64,000 nucleotides of DNA. It comes from Planctomycetota bacterium. Lineage in GTDB: Bacteria > Planctomycetota > UBA8108 > SXIK01. Location: contig OZ244999.1 of the NCBI GenBank assembly GCA_965223265.1, forward strand, positions 9,115,497 through 9,179,496, given 5' to 3'. Under the pieces are notes generated by a model. The model searched no databases. It had not been told where the DNA came from and worked only from the letters and a program-made list of their open reading frames with translations. Shown piece by piece: positions 1 to 10,147 of this stretch; position 1 is the stretch's first letter; the number at the start of each line of letters is the position of its first letter. A program made the translations under genes and the position numbers.

Positions 1-1705
1 GAGAGCGGATGTAGTCCTCCCGTTCGAGCTGTCTTTGGTATCCGGACCCACCCAGTTCGTGGAAGCGTAGGTCGATCTTCCAAGTGTTGAAGTAGAGTCT
101 GCGGAATTTTGCAAAGTCTCCGGCCTGCAGATTCCTCGACCGGATGAGGCGCCTCAGTTTTCGGCGCCGGGTGAATGGTGATCGATGGACAAGATCACCG
201 AGATCCCTCGCTCTCGCAGCCGCTTCGACGCCTGCCGACTGCAATAGTTTGCCCCAACTGAAGAAGTCCTTCCAGTTCGTTTCCGACAGCACTGCTTGGT
301 CGAGAACCGACTTCTTCGCCACCCAATCGAGTGAGTCAGCAAGGCTTTGCTGTTGATTCTCGAGTCTCTCGAGCGTCTCCTCCCACAGATCTATGATCTC
401 GCGGTGTCGGATGCGGCCCTGCGGTCGACCATCGAAAAAAGTCTTGACGCGTCTTAGGTAGGAACGCTGGAGATTCATTGCTGTTGACGTCTGACCGCTC
501 CGCAGACGAACCTCTTTCCACGGTCCACCGCGCGCGATTTCACGGAACGCCATGACGGGATTCTTCAAGCGAAGCTCAGCAAACGTCTCTCCTGCTTCGA
601 TCATCTCCAGGAGGAGAGCAGTAACGCCGACTTTCAGTAGATTCGGGATGTCGGAGAGGTTGGAATCGCCGATCGTGATGGAGAGTTTCTTTTGCTCATC
701 GAAGAGCGCCGCCGGCGAGTAGAGGAACCCTTTCAGGTCGAACATGGTCTTCGACCGCCCGAACATGATGATCTTCGCTACGCTTGACGTCAGCCGGCTG
801 CGTTGCGACAGCTCAAAGGTTTCACTCTGAAAATCGAGACGTCCGGCTCCCGTATAGATCTGTCGACTGACGAGAAATGACGTCAAGTCCTTGACGAAAG
901 GCCCAAAAGCGAGGCGGCTCAAGAGTAACGAATAGAGCTGCACTGGCGGATAGACGATGACCAGGAAGAAGAGCACAGGAATGGCACGAATCGACTCAGC
1001 AGTTCGCGTGCGACCGTCGCGAACCCAAAGATAAATGTGTTCTGCGGCGCGCCGCAGCGGCGGTAGTAGGCGCCCGATCACCAGCGTGGCGGCGCCGAAT
1101 AGGAGAACGCAAAGCAGCGTGAAAAACGTCGGAAAGAGAAGCAAAAGGAAGATCGGGGCCGCGAGAATGAGGTACCGCAAGGCCGACCGCGGTGCTCGAT
1201 GAGAGACGAGGTAGTTTTCGTGGCAGCCGAATCCGGTCCCAAAGCGATCGACGTTGTTCTTACCGAAGAACAGACGCCCCGGCCAACCGGCTTTCGTCAG
1301 CGCTTCGGCGGACTTGCGGCTGACGTCATCGAGGATTGTGTCGAACGCTTTGGAGTAGCAAACGACGTCCCACGGTGTTCGACACTCGGGTGTTGCTACT
1401 TCGAAGATCGGTGTGTCTTCCTGGCGACGCAGAAAGATTTCCAGGTGCACCTGGCCGCCGTTCTCGAGGAAATACCCGCCCTTCAGACCACTTGCAGGTG
1501 CCGATTTGCGTCCCTCCAAAAGGCTGCTGTAGAGAACCTTCTCGAGCAGCTCGAAGGGCGCTTGCCTCTGCGGCGTCGCATTCGCGTCTAAATCGTCCGG
1601 GACCTCCGAGCCGACCGCGGGTTCGTAGATGACCGCGACCTCCGTCTCCAACCCGAAAATCCCCCTGCGTTCGTCGCTGGCGGGAAGGGGTTCGCGAGGG
1701 GCCAT
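1..1705 (-). CDS. PafA/Dop-family Pup ligase-like protein with hydrophobic (TM) insertion; 3' end runs off the window
   Basis: Manual translation from ATG at 1705: GIFGLETE...YFLENGGQVHLE...FEVATPEC...KNNVDRFGTGFGCHENYLV...FLVSRQIYTGAG...IGDSN...LDWVAKK...IDLRFHEL, colinear with PafA/Dop motifs. Not in the ORF track because there is no stop inside the window. Confidence 0.9.
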   Translation of the reverse strand, partial: MAPREPLPASDERRGIFGLETEVAVIYEPAVGSEVPDDLDANATPQRQAPFELLEKVLYSSLLEGRKSAPASGLKGGYFLENGGQVHLEIFLRRQEDTPIFEVATPECRTPWDVVCYSKAFDTILDDVSRKSAEALTKAGWPGRLFFGKNNVDRFGTGFGCHENYLVSHRAPRSALRYLILAAPIFLLLLFPTFFTLLCVLLFGAATLVIGRLLPPLRRAAEHIYLWVRDGRTRTAESIRAIPVLFFLVIVYPPVQLYSLLLSRLAFGPFVKDLTSFLVSRQIYTGAGRLDFQSETFELSQRSRLTSSVAKIIMFGRSKTMFDLKGFLYSPAALFDEQKKLSITIGDSNLSDIPNLLKVGVTALLLEMIEAGETFAELRLKNPVMAFREIARGGPWKEVRLRSGQTSTAMNLQRSYLRRVKTFFDGRPQGRIRHREIIDLWEETLERLENQQQSLADSLDWVAKKSVLDQAVLSETNWKDFFSWGKLLQSAGVEAAARARDLGDLVHRSPFTRRRKLRRLIRSRNLQAGDFAKFRRLYFNTWKIDLRFHELGGSGYQRQLEREDYIRS

Positions 1706-1928
1706 TGGGTGCGCGCGTTCGAAGATCGTCCTGTTAGGTTCAGGAGCTCAGTCAGGAAGGCAGTCGCCGGGCGTCGTGCCTTCGAGAGGAAGTCGGAGGC
1801 CGCGACAGGTCCCGGTGCTCACGCGCCATGGGCACACGGGTAACCGCGAGCGATTCGCCGCGCCAGTCACGGCGTTCTCTCTTCACATGGCGACCCGGCT
1901 CCTCTGAGGAGCGCGAACTTGGCCTCAA

Positions 1929-2117
1929 TCACTCAGCGCCGCGTCCGACGTCATAAGCGTAGACGTATGCAGCGGAGTGTTGGTCTGCGTCGGCGAGCAT
2001 GGCGCGAATCAGATCACGTCGGGTGCGAACGCCACGGTCGATGACCGAAGCGGGAATTCCGACACTTTCCGCGGACTCTGTGTCCGCAGAACGAACATCC
2101 TCGACTCTGCCTGCCAT
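1929..2117 (-). CDS. Putative Pup-like small modifier protein (62 aa, C-terminus AAYVYAYDVGRGAE)
   Basis: ATG at 2117; Pup-like size, polar N-terminus and terminal Glu; tail resembles Pup AEDFVRAYVQKGG(E/Q); same strand, directly upstream of the PafA-like gene. Confidence 0.6.
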   Translation of the reverse strand: MAGRVEDVRSADTESAESVGIPASVIDRGVRTRRDLIRAMLADADQHSAAYVYAYDVGRGAE

Positions 2118-2485
2118 AGAATCGCTCGGCGAAACGTTCAATTTCACAAAAAACTCCGAAACGGTTAAGATCCTGCCACAGGTGATTATCTCCAGCAGAC
2201 CACTCACGCACAAGGTTTTTCGCGGCCGCACAGAAGGCTGCACGCGCCACATCGACTGAAAAACGCGTCGTCACACCCGAATCGTTCCGCTGCGAACACG
2301 CGAGAATCCGCGAGATTCTCCGGTGTGGCCACTGAGCACGAGCCGTGGTCGGGAGATGGAGACCCCAAGTTGTCGAGTTCGAGAACGCCTAGTAAATCAC
2401 GAACATTCAGGTGGTCAAGAGCCCAGTAGGTCGATTCTTGGCTTTTGAGGGTTGAGGGCTTTCCTGCGGGAGACGGAGGATCCGG

Positions 2486-3355
2486 ATGCGAGAACGTTGT
2501 AGTGCCGTTGCCCGCGAGCTCCAGGACACCATCACCGAGGAGCTCGAGCGCCTCGATGGGAGCCGTTTTGAGGAGGACCTGTGGGATCGAAGCGGCGGCG
2601 GCGGCGGACGTACCCGCGTGCTGACGGGCGGCGGACTCTTCGAGCGCGCAGGCGTCAATTACTCGTCGGTGCACGGCGAGCTTTCGGACGAGTTCGCCCC
2701 CCAACTGGCCGGCTCCGGGAAGGAGTTCTTCGCCACCGGGATCTCTCTCGTCCTCCATCCGTCGAACCCTCAAGTCCCCACGGTGCATGCGAACTTTCGA
2801 TACATCGAGAGAGGCGACGCATGGTGGTTTGGGGGCGGCGCTGATCTCACGCCGTACGTCTTTTACGAGGAGGACCCTTGCCATTTCCACTCGACGTGGA
2901 AACAGGTCTGCGACCGCCACGACCCCGAACATTACCCGAGATTCAAGAAGTGGTGCGACGAGTACTTCTTTTTGCCACATCGCGGTGAGTCGCGCGGCGT
3001 CGGTGGAATTTTTTTCGACAACCTGACTGGAGACCGCGATCGGCTGTTCGAATTCTGGAGCGATGCCGGGAGCGCGTTCTTGGACTCTTACGTGCCCATC
3101 GTCGAGCGCCGGCGGCATCTGGAACACAATGAGTCGCAGCGGCGATATCAACTGCTCCGACGTGGCCGCTACGTCGAGTTTAATCTCATGTACGACCGTG
3201 GGACGATTTTCGGCCTCAAAACGCGAGGTCGGATCGAATCGATCCTAATGTCTCTGCCGCCTCTCGTCGCGTGGGAGTACGACGTGAAGTGGCCACCGGC
3301 TAGCGCTGAGGCGGAGCTTGAAGCCGTGCTGCGTGAGCCCCGCGACTGGGTGTAG
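2486..3355 (+). CDS. hemF: Oxygen-dependent coproporphyrinogen III oxidase
   Basis: Motifs FERAGVNYS, PTVHANFRY, WWFGGGADLTP, RGVGGIFFD, RRGRYVEFNLMYDRGTIFGL; GGAGG RBS upstream. Confidence 0.97.
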   Translation: MRERCSAVARELQDTITEELERLDGSRFEEDLWDRSGGGGGRTRVLTGGGLFERAGVNYSSVHGELSDEFAPQLAGSGKEFFATGISLVLHPSNPQVPTVHANFRYIERGDAWWFGGGADLTPYVFYEEDPCHFHSTWKQVCDRHDPEHYPRFKKWCDEYFFLPHRGESRGVGGIFFDNLTGDRDRLFEFWSDAGSAFLDSYVPIVERRRHLEHNESQRRYQLLRRGRYVEFNLMYDRGTIFGLKTRGRIESILMSLPPLVAWEYDVKWPPASAEAELEAVLREPRDWV

Positions 3356-3720
3356 GCCGCCTGCACCCGCACCGTCCGGCAGCAGCCTCGAGTCTGGTCA
3401 TTGCGCGTCAAGCCCAAGCTCGGGTGCGATCTGCGGCGATCGGTGGGCGCGCGCAGCGGCGGACCTGGCACTTCCAGCGGGCCGGTCGGAAGTTTCGAAC
3501 AAGCACAGCAAAACAGTCCAAAAAGCCTTGGAATCCCGGTAAATTCGTCCGGCCAGGCTGGCACTCAGTCCGAACTCCTTCCGCGAGCGCCGGGGCGGCA
3601 CGCAGGATCAAGAGAGGCGAGATGTCTTGCCGACACTTGTTACGTTGGATCCTCCGGAGAACGGGCTGCCGCGCTGAAACCAGATCGAGCGCGGAATCAC
3701 CTCAGACCGAGACAAGACGA

Positions 3721-4683
3721 ATGCGTTACCTATCGGGAATTCAACCCTCCGGCACCTTACACCTGGGCAACTATTTTGGCGCCATGCGCCAGCACGTAGC
3801 CCGCCAAGATGAGAACGAGTGCTTCTACTTCATCGCCGACTATCATTCCTTGACGACGGTGCGCGAGCCGGACGTCTTGCGGCAAAACGTCACTGATGCC
3901 GTACTCGACTACCTTGCGGTTGGACTCGATCCCGACAAGTCGGTGCTGTTTCGCCAGTCCGACGTACCGCAAGTGGTTGAGCTCATGTGGGTCCTCTCGA
4001 CGCTGACGTCCATGGGGCTCTTGGAGCGATGCCACAGCTACAAGGATAAGATCGCCAAAGGCATCGAGCCGAGCCACGGGCTCTTCTCGTACCCTGTGTT
4101 GATGGCGGCCGATATTCTCCTCTACGACGCCGAGCGTGTTCCCGTCGGCAAAGACCAAGTGCAGCATCTTGAAGTGACACGCGACATCGCCCAGCGATTC
4201 AATCACCTCTACGGTGAGACATTGGTGGTCCCCGAGGCGGAGGTCGAGAAGGAGACGGCGGCCGTGCCGGGGGTCGACGGCCAGAAGATGTCGAAGAGTT
4301 ACGGCAACACGATCGAGATGTTCACCAGCGAAAAGAAGCTGAAGAAATCGATCATGGCGATCAAAACCGACTCGAAAGGCGTTGACGAACCCAAAGATCC
4401 TGATGAGAGCACGATTTGCCAACTCTATCGGCTTGTGGCAAAGGACGAGGAGATGGCGGCGATGGAGGCTCGTTTTCGCGAGGGTGGCTATGGCTACGGA
4501 GATGCAAAGAAGGCCTTGCTGGCAAAGACACTCGACTACTTCGCGGACTATCGCGCCTCCCGGGAGAAGCTCGCTGCCGACCCAAACGTTGTCGCGGAGG
4601 TTCTGCGCGGCGGCGCTGCGAAGGCATGCAAGATGGCGACGCAGACTCTTGACCGCGTCTACCGGGCCGTCGGGCTGCGGTGA
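3721..4683 (+). CDS. trpS: Tryptophanyl-tRNA synthetase
   Basis: Starts MRYLSGIQPSGTLHLGNY (HIGH-type motif), YPVLMAADIL, VPVGKDQVQH, KMSKS; start placed at ATG 3721. Confidence 0.97.
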   Translation: MRYLSGIQPSGTLHLGNYFGAMRQHVARQDENECFYFIADYHSLTTVREPDVLRQNVTDAVLDYLAVGLDPDKSVLFRQSDVPQVVELMWVLSTLTSMGLLERCHSYKDKIAKGIEPSHGLFSYPVLMAADILLYDAERVPVGKDQVQHLEVTRDIAQRFNHLYGETLVVPEAEVEKETAAVPGVDGQKMSKSYGNTIEMFTSEKKLKKSIMAIKTDSKGVDEPKDPDESTICQLYRLVAKDEEMAAMEARFREGGYGYGDAKKALLAKTLDYFADYRASREKLAADPNVVAEVLRGGAAKACKMATQTLDRVYRAVGLR

Positions 4684-4707
4684 GCAAGTAGCGGGTTTCA
4701 TCATCTG

Positions 4708-5727
4708 ATGCCGATTCGTACGCAGACGATTGACCTCGAGCTCCTCCACCCGTTCACGATCGCACGTGGGACGAAAAACGTCTCAAGTATCGTCGTCGCC
4801 GAGCTCGAGCATGGCGGCATTCTCGGCTACGGAGAGTCGTGCCCGAACGCTTACTATTCGGAGTCTACGGCGACGGTGGCGCAAGCCATCGACGACGTCA
4901 GCGAGTGGATGTCAGGGCAGTCGCCGCTTGCCTACGAGCATCTCCTGGAGGATCTGTCGCAGCGGATGGGGGGAGAGTCGCGAGCTGCGCTCTCATGTCT
5001 CGATCTCGCCGTGTTCGATTGGGTCGGGAAGAAACTGGGAGTCTCAGTCCATCGCCTTCTTGGCGTCGATCCAGCGCTATCGCCGCAGACGTCACTGACA
5101 ATCGGGATCGATACGCCGCAGCGCATGGTCGAGAAGCTGCGTGAGGCAGGGGATGTACCTATCATCAAGGTCAAAGTCGGCATGCCGGGGGATGTCGAGG
5201 TTGTGCGTGCGCTGCGCCGAGAGTCGCGCGCGGTGTTTCGTGTCGACGCCAACTGCGGTTGGGAGCTGCGCGAAGCGATCGAAAAGTCTCACGAGCTGGC
5301 CAGCCTCGGCGTTGAGTTCATCGAGCAGCCGCTCCCACCAGAGCAGTTAGACGCCATGGAAGAGGTCTATGCCAAGTCGGCGCTGCCACTCGTCGCGGAC
5401 GAGAATTCTGTCGTCGCTGCTGACTTGCCAGCGCTCGTGGGCCGATTCCATGGCATCAACATCAAGCTGGTCAAATGCGGCGGACTCAGGCCCGCACTGC
5501 GAATGATTCATGTGGCTCGGGCGCTTGGTTTTCGCGTCATGCTTGGTTGTATGGTCGACAGCTCCCTCAGCGCGGCAGCGGCGGCACAGATTGCTCCGCT
5601 CGTCGATGACGTTGATCTTGACGGACCGCTTCTGATCAAAAACGATCCGTTTCGCGGCCTGAGCTACATCGGCGCACGCCCGGTGGTGTCGAACCTCCCA
5701 GGTCTAGGGGTCGAGCCTGCGGATTGA
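4708..5727 (+). CDS. Enolase-superfamily dipeptide epimerase (L-Ala-D/L-Glu epimerase / DgcA-like)
   Basis: PFTIARG, KVK catalytic motif, VDAN, IEQP, ADE, INIKLVKCGG, GCM, DLDG. Confidence 0.9.
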   Translation: MPIRTQTIDLELLHPFTIARGTKNVSSIVVAELEHGGILGYGESCPNAYYSESTATVAQAIDDVSEWMSGQSPLAYEHLLEDLSQRMGGESRAALSCLDLAVFDWVGKKLGVSVHRLLGVDPALSPQTSLTIGIDTPQRMVEKLREAGDVPIIKVKVGMPGDVEVVRALRRESRAVFRVDANCGWELREAIEKSHELASLGVEFIEQPLPPEQLDAMEEVYAKSALPLVADENSVVAADLPALVGRFHGINIKLVKCGGLRPALRMIHVARALGFRVMLGCMVDSSLSAAAAAQIAPLVDDVDLDGPLLIKNDPFRGLSYIGARPVVSNLPGLGVEPAD

Positions 5728-5791
5728 GTGCTGCGTACAACTTTTTTGTCGTCCGCGAGCCCGACGAACCATCGAAGCCCAGGCAGCTCAC

Positions 5792-6838
5792 TCACCTTTT
5801 GACCTGCAGCTCCGCGTCGCGCGCCAGCACGATGTCGGCGAGAGGATCGGCGCCTTGGCGAATCACATCGAACGCCGGTAGTCCAGTCGCGTCCTCGGCG
5901 GCGCGGAGCGCGTGATCTGCCTCTCCAGTTGTCAGTTCTGACGTGTTGGCCGCGAGTGCGACGACCTTCGACGGGCAAAGGAGGCTCGCCAAACCTTCAT
6001 AGAGCGGGATGAGACGCTCGAGTGACGGCATGGGTAGCGTAGCGCTGCGCACGATGGGCCGAGTCGGATCAAACGCGAGGATCATCGTCTGCGGCGCGCA
6101 GCCGTGCAGCAGTCCCAACGTGACTCCGGAGTAGAGCGGATGGCAGATACTCCCTTGCCCTTCGATCAGCAAGAGGTCCTGGTCTTCGTGCTCAAGGATG
6201 ACTTTCTCGACGGCGCCGGCAACGAAGTCGCTCACGATGCAGTCGGCGGGAACGCCCCAACCCGAGATGAGAATCCCGGTTTGTCCGGTAGCAACAAAGT
6301 CCGCTTTCTTGCCACGCCTGACGAGCGCGGCGTTCAGTTCCAGCATGACCAACATCTTGCCCACCGAGCAGTCCTGGCCAACGGCATGAACGCGATGAAC
6401 TCGACTGCTACGCACGAGGTCCTTGCCGACTGTGACGTCTGGAGGTGGTCGTCGAGCATCGAGGATACTCACACCATGGCGAGCCGCGAGGTCGTGGAAC
6501 TCCGGATCGTCCCCGAGAAAGACGTGGAGGCCGCTCGCGATGTGCATGCCGCGGGCGATGGCGGCGGCGATCAACTGCCTCCAACTCTGCGGCAGTCTTC
6601 CACCCGACGGTGAGATGCCGATGACGAGCTCGGTGGCGTCGACGTCCTCAAGTCGGCTGACGACCGGGATGTCGCCGCCGAACCCGAACACGTCCTCGCA
6701 GGTGCGGCCGGCACATGTGGAGTCGAGAATGCCCGCCACCTCTTGGGTGCGATAGCGGATCAGGCCGGCAGCCGTTTTGGCATCGAGAGGGTTGCTCTTC
6801 CCCTCCGTGAGGATCAGGAGACGTCGGTTTGCCTTCAT
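5792..6838 (-). CDS. DUF1611 protein (DgcN-like D-Glu N-acetyltransferase family)
   Basis: AKTAAGLIRY, SGLH, GQDCSVGKM, ATGQTGILI, DFVAGAVE, IEGQGS, LLHG; start taken at MKANRR (6838). Confidence 0.9.
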   Translation of the reverse strand: MKANRRLLILTEGKSNPLDAKTAAGLIRYRTQEVAGILDSTCAGRTCEDVFGFGGDIPVVSRLEDVDATELVIGISPSGGRLPQSWRQLIAAAIARGMHIASGLHVFLGDDPEFHDLAARHGVSILDARRPPPDVTVGKDLVRSSRVHRVHAVGQDCSVGKMLVMLELNAALVRRGKKADFVATGQTGILISGWGVPADCIVSDFVAGAVEKVILEHEDQDLLLIEGQGSICHPLYSGVTLGLLHGCAPQTMILAFDPTRPIVRSATLPMPSLERLIPLYEGLASLLCPSKVVALAANTSELTTGEADHALRAAEDATGLPAFDVIRQGADPLADIVLARDAELQVKR

Positions 6839-7252
6839 TTTCGGTGGGCGACGGGTTTTGTAGAACCCGCTATTTGAACGGCTGCGGTGCACCTCCGCAC
6901 ACGAATTATTTGGCTTTTTTTGCGTTGGTCCCTTGGCGGAAGCCACGAATCGCCTCGTGCCAACGGCGCTACGCGAGTCGACCGGAGGTTCCAGGAAGGG
7001 CAAAGCCGCGTGCGCCTGAGCGCGGACCCAGTTGTCGTGTGGACCTCGACTGCGACGCGAACGTAGCAGGTACATTTCCTGCTGCTCGGTCCGTGCACTT
7101 CTCTTAGCGTTAGCAACAGCCCGCGTATCGCGAGTTCATGCGGACGCTGACTCGCGTTCGGCGATTTGACGCCGGTCTAGGTGGTTGACCGAGTATTAGA
7201 AGCTCTTCCGAATGATTGCTATCTGAGAAACGCTTTCCTGCAAGCGTCGAGG

Positions 7253-9667
7253 CTATGAGTGCTTCTTGCCCCACTTCTCTAGCAGATCTTCGATAGTCGT
7301 CTGACGCTCCGGCTCTTTGCCTTGCGATTTTGGCTGCTGCGCCGAAGTGAGCGGGCGCCGCTGCTGCTTGGAGCGTTTGCGCGCCCCACGTCCGGAGTCC
7401 TTGTCCGCGGTTTTTGAGCCCGGGCGCCCGCGGCGTTGTCCGCCGCCAGTTGGTGCCGGCTCCAGCGCCTTGAGCGATAGACTGATTCGGCCGCGCTCGA
7501 GATCCACTTCCAGGATCTTTGTCTTGACGACGTCGCCGACCTTCACGACTTTGCGCGGGTCGTCGACCCACTGGTGCGTCAGCTCGCTCACGTGAACCAG
7601 ACCATCCCTTTTCACTCCAATGTCGATGAAGGCACCGAAGTTCGTGACGTTGGAGACCCGACCTTCGATCACCATACCAGATTTCAGATCGTCAACGCTG
7701 ACGACGTCGTCGCGCCACTCCGGAATCCGAAACTCAGGGCGCGGATCACGGCCTGGTTTTTCCAGCTCGCTGCGAATGTCCTCGAGCGTGTACTCCCCGA
7801 CCCCCGCGTCCACGTCTGTGAACTTGGAGAGGTCGAGTTGGCTGACAAGCTGAGGATTGCCGACAAGTTCGTCCGCGGACACGTCGAGTTGCCGCGTCAT
7901 CGCAGCGACGACGTCATAGCGTTCCGGGTGCACCGCTGTCGCATCGAGTCGGTTCGAGCCGCCGCGGATGCGGAGGAATCCACCTGCGAGCTCGAAGGTC
8001 TTGGGGCCGAACCCGGAGACCTCAAGCACCTGCGCGCGGTTGTCGAACGGGCCGCGGGAATCTCGGTGGGCGACGATCTTCTCGGCAAGCCCATCGGAGA
8101 GGCCGGAAACATGCTTGAGGAGGGCACGCGACGCGGTGTTGAGCTCGACACCTACTTGGTTCACGACTTTCGCCACCGCGGTGTCGAGTTCGCGGCTGAG
8201 CGCCTTCTGATTAACGTCGTGCTGGTATTGCCCGACGCCAAGCGCCTTCGGCTCGATCTTTACCAGCTCCGCCAGTGGATCTTGAAGCCGCCTTGCGATC
8301 GATACTGCGCCGCGAAGCGAAACGTCCAGATCGGGCAATTCACTCCGAGCCAGCGGTGACGCCGAATAGATCGAGGCGCCGGTTTCCGGGACGATGGCGA
8401 CGATCACCCCGTCGAGGTTTGCTTCCTTAACAGCCTCGCGCGCGAAGCGCTCTGTCTCTCGGCTACCGGTGCCGTTGCCGATCGCCACGGCGCGCACGTC
8501 ATGCTTACGAACCAGCTCGAGCACCTTAGATTTCGCCTGTTCGGCCTTGGCGTTGGGCTCGATTGGGTAGATGACGTCCGTGGCGATGGCGCGTCCGGTC
8601 GCATCGACTACAGCGAGCTTGCAGCCCGTTCGGTAGCCCGGATCTAGCCCCATGACCGCAAACTCGCCCAGCGGCGCTTGCAGCAGAAGTGCCTCGAGGT
8701 TGGCGCGAAACACGGAGATCGCTTCTGACTCCGCCCTGTCGCGAAGTTCAGTGCGTACTTCGCTGGTGATGGATGGGCGCAGCAGGCGGCGATAGCCATC
8801 GCTTGTCGCTTCCGCGAGCTGTTCGCCGCGGGGTGTCTTGAGCGGTTGCTGCCATGACTGCGACAACCGGGCGATTTCGCGTTCATCATCGAATTCCACA
8901 TTGACGCTTAGGATTCCAGCTTTCTCGCCGCGGATGGTGGCCAGCAGGCGGTGCGAAGCGATCTTCCGTAGAGGTTCGCGGTAGTCGAAATAATCGCGAT
9001 AGATGGCTGCTTCCTTCGCGCCTTTGTCCACTGCGGCTGCCAGCTGCGACACGAGGACGCCTTCATCTGCGAGTGCCTCGCGCAGCTGAGCGCGGTGCGT
9101 CGCCGTCTCGGCGAGGCGTTCGGCGAGGATGTCGCGCGCGCCGGCGAGTGCCGCCTGGGAGTCGGCCACTCCTTTCTCGTCGCTGACGAACGCGCCTGCC
9201 AACTCCGCTACGTCGCGCCCATCGTCAGGCTGCAGCAGCTCTTCCGCCAAGGGTTCAAGTCCACGCTCTCGCGCGATCTGTGCCCGCGTTCGTTTCTTCT
9301 TCTTGTAGGGCAGGTAGAGATCTTCGAGCCCTTGTTTCGTCAATGCAGAGCGGATCGAGCGCTCGAGTTCGTCGGTCAGTTTGTCCTGGCTGCGAATGGA
9401 TTCGAGGATGCTGTCGCGGCGCTCCATGAGTTCGAGAAAGTACTCGCGACGAGCAAAGAGCTTCTCGAGCTGCTCGTCGATCAACCCGCCGGTCGCCTCC
9501 TTACGATACCGGGCCACAAAGGGAACTGTTGCGCCGGCACCGAAAAGGGCGTCCGCGGCGCGCACCTGACGATCTTGGCACGAGATCTCGGTGGCGATCA
9601 GTTGGGTGAAGTGGTCTTCGAGTGGTGTGGAACGATCTTCGCGTGAGGGGACAGTCGACGTTGTCAT
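7253..9667 (-). CDS. tex: Tex family RNA-binding transcriptional accessory protein
   Basis: GATVPFVARYRKEATG, LEDLYLPYK, GLDPGYRTGCK, IGNGTGSRET, ARRLQDPLAELVKI, C-terminal S1 domain. Confidence 0.96.
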   Translation of the reverse strand: MTTSTVPSREDRSTPLEDHFTQLIATEISCQDRQVRAADALFGAGATVPFVARYRKEATGGLIDEQLEKLFARREYFLELMERRDSILESIRSQDKLTDELERSIRSALTKQGLEDLYLPYKKKKRTRAQIARERGLEPLAEELLQPDDGRDVAELAGAFVSDEKGVADSQAALAGARDILAERLAETATHRAQLREALADEGVLVSQLAAAVDKGAKEAAIYRDYFDYREPLRKIASHRLLATIRGEKAGILSVNVEFDDEREIARLSQSWQQPLKTPRGEQLAEATSDGYRRLLRPSITSEVRTELRDRAESEAISVFRANLEALLLQAPLGEFAVMGLDPGYRTGCKLAVVDATGRAIATDVIYPIEPNAKAEQAKSKVLELVRKHDVRAVAIGNGTGSRETERFAREAVKEANLDGVIVAIVPETGASIYSASPLARSELPDLDVSLRGAVSIARRLQDPLAELVKIEPKALGVGQYQHDVNQKALSRELDTAVAKVVNQVGVELNTASRALLKHVSGLSDGLAEKIVAHRDSRGPFDNRAQVLEVSGFGPKTFELAGGFLRIRGGSNRLDATAVHPERYDVVAAMTRQLDVSADELVGNPQLVSQLDLSKFTDVDAGVGEYTLEDIRSELEKPGRDPRPEFRIPEWRDDVVSVDDLKSGMVIEGRVSNVTNFGAFIDIGVKRDGLVHVSELTHQWVDDPRKVVKVGDVVKTKILEVDLERGRISLSLKALEPAPTGGGQRRGRPGSKTADKDSGRGARKRSKQQRRPLTSAQQPKSQGKEPERQTTIEDLLEKWGKKHS

Positions 9668-10147
9668 GCAGTCGGTGCACTCCGGCTCGGGTCTTCGTGG
9701 GGTCAGTAGGAAAACGAGTAGAGCTGTGTGGCGATAGGGTGTCCCACATCACAAGCTCGTGCCACCGCTCCTCGAGCAGTCAACCCGCGGCATGACGCGC
9801 CGCCACTGAGCGCCGGTTGGGGCCACGGGTTGGGTCGACCGCTCGGGTTCAGAGTGCAGGCGAGAAAGCGATGAGTCTTCGTGTTCGGGTCAATAGTGCC
9901 GCATCACGGTGTCAGGTCAAGGCCGTAATGCCGACGGCCTCGGGCATTGCCCTGCGCCGTTCGGGCGACGAGAATGGTCGAGCCGCTCGTGTTTCTACAT
10001 ATCAGCCCGTTGAAAAAGAGATCGGGCGCGAATGCCGTCTTTCGCGCCCGTCGTTCTGTAGTCTTGTAGGACGTGTGATCGGGCGGCCCGAGGGACCAGT
10101 TGGTTGGTTCACAGAGTTGTCCGTGGGGCGTATGAGTCGCAGCCATA

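Noticed and set aside
1748-1888. GAGGAG...ATG-TGA upstream of and in frame with the PafA-like gene (possible Sec or readthrough)
   Set aside because: A second in-frame TGA intervenes, no SECIS-like evidence is recognisable and the peptide looks non-conserved.
3356-3720. T-box or attenuator before trpS; N-terminal extension to 3424
   Set aside because: No T-box consensus or Trp-rich leader was seen; TrpS homology starts at 3721.
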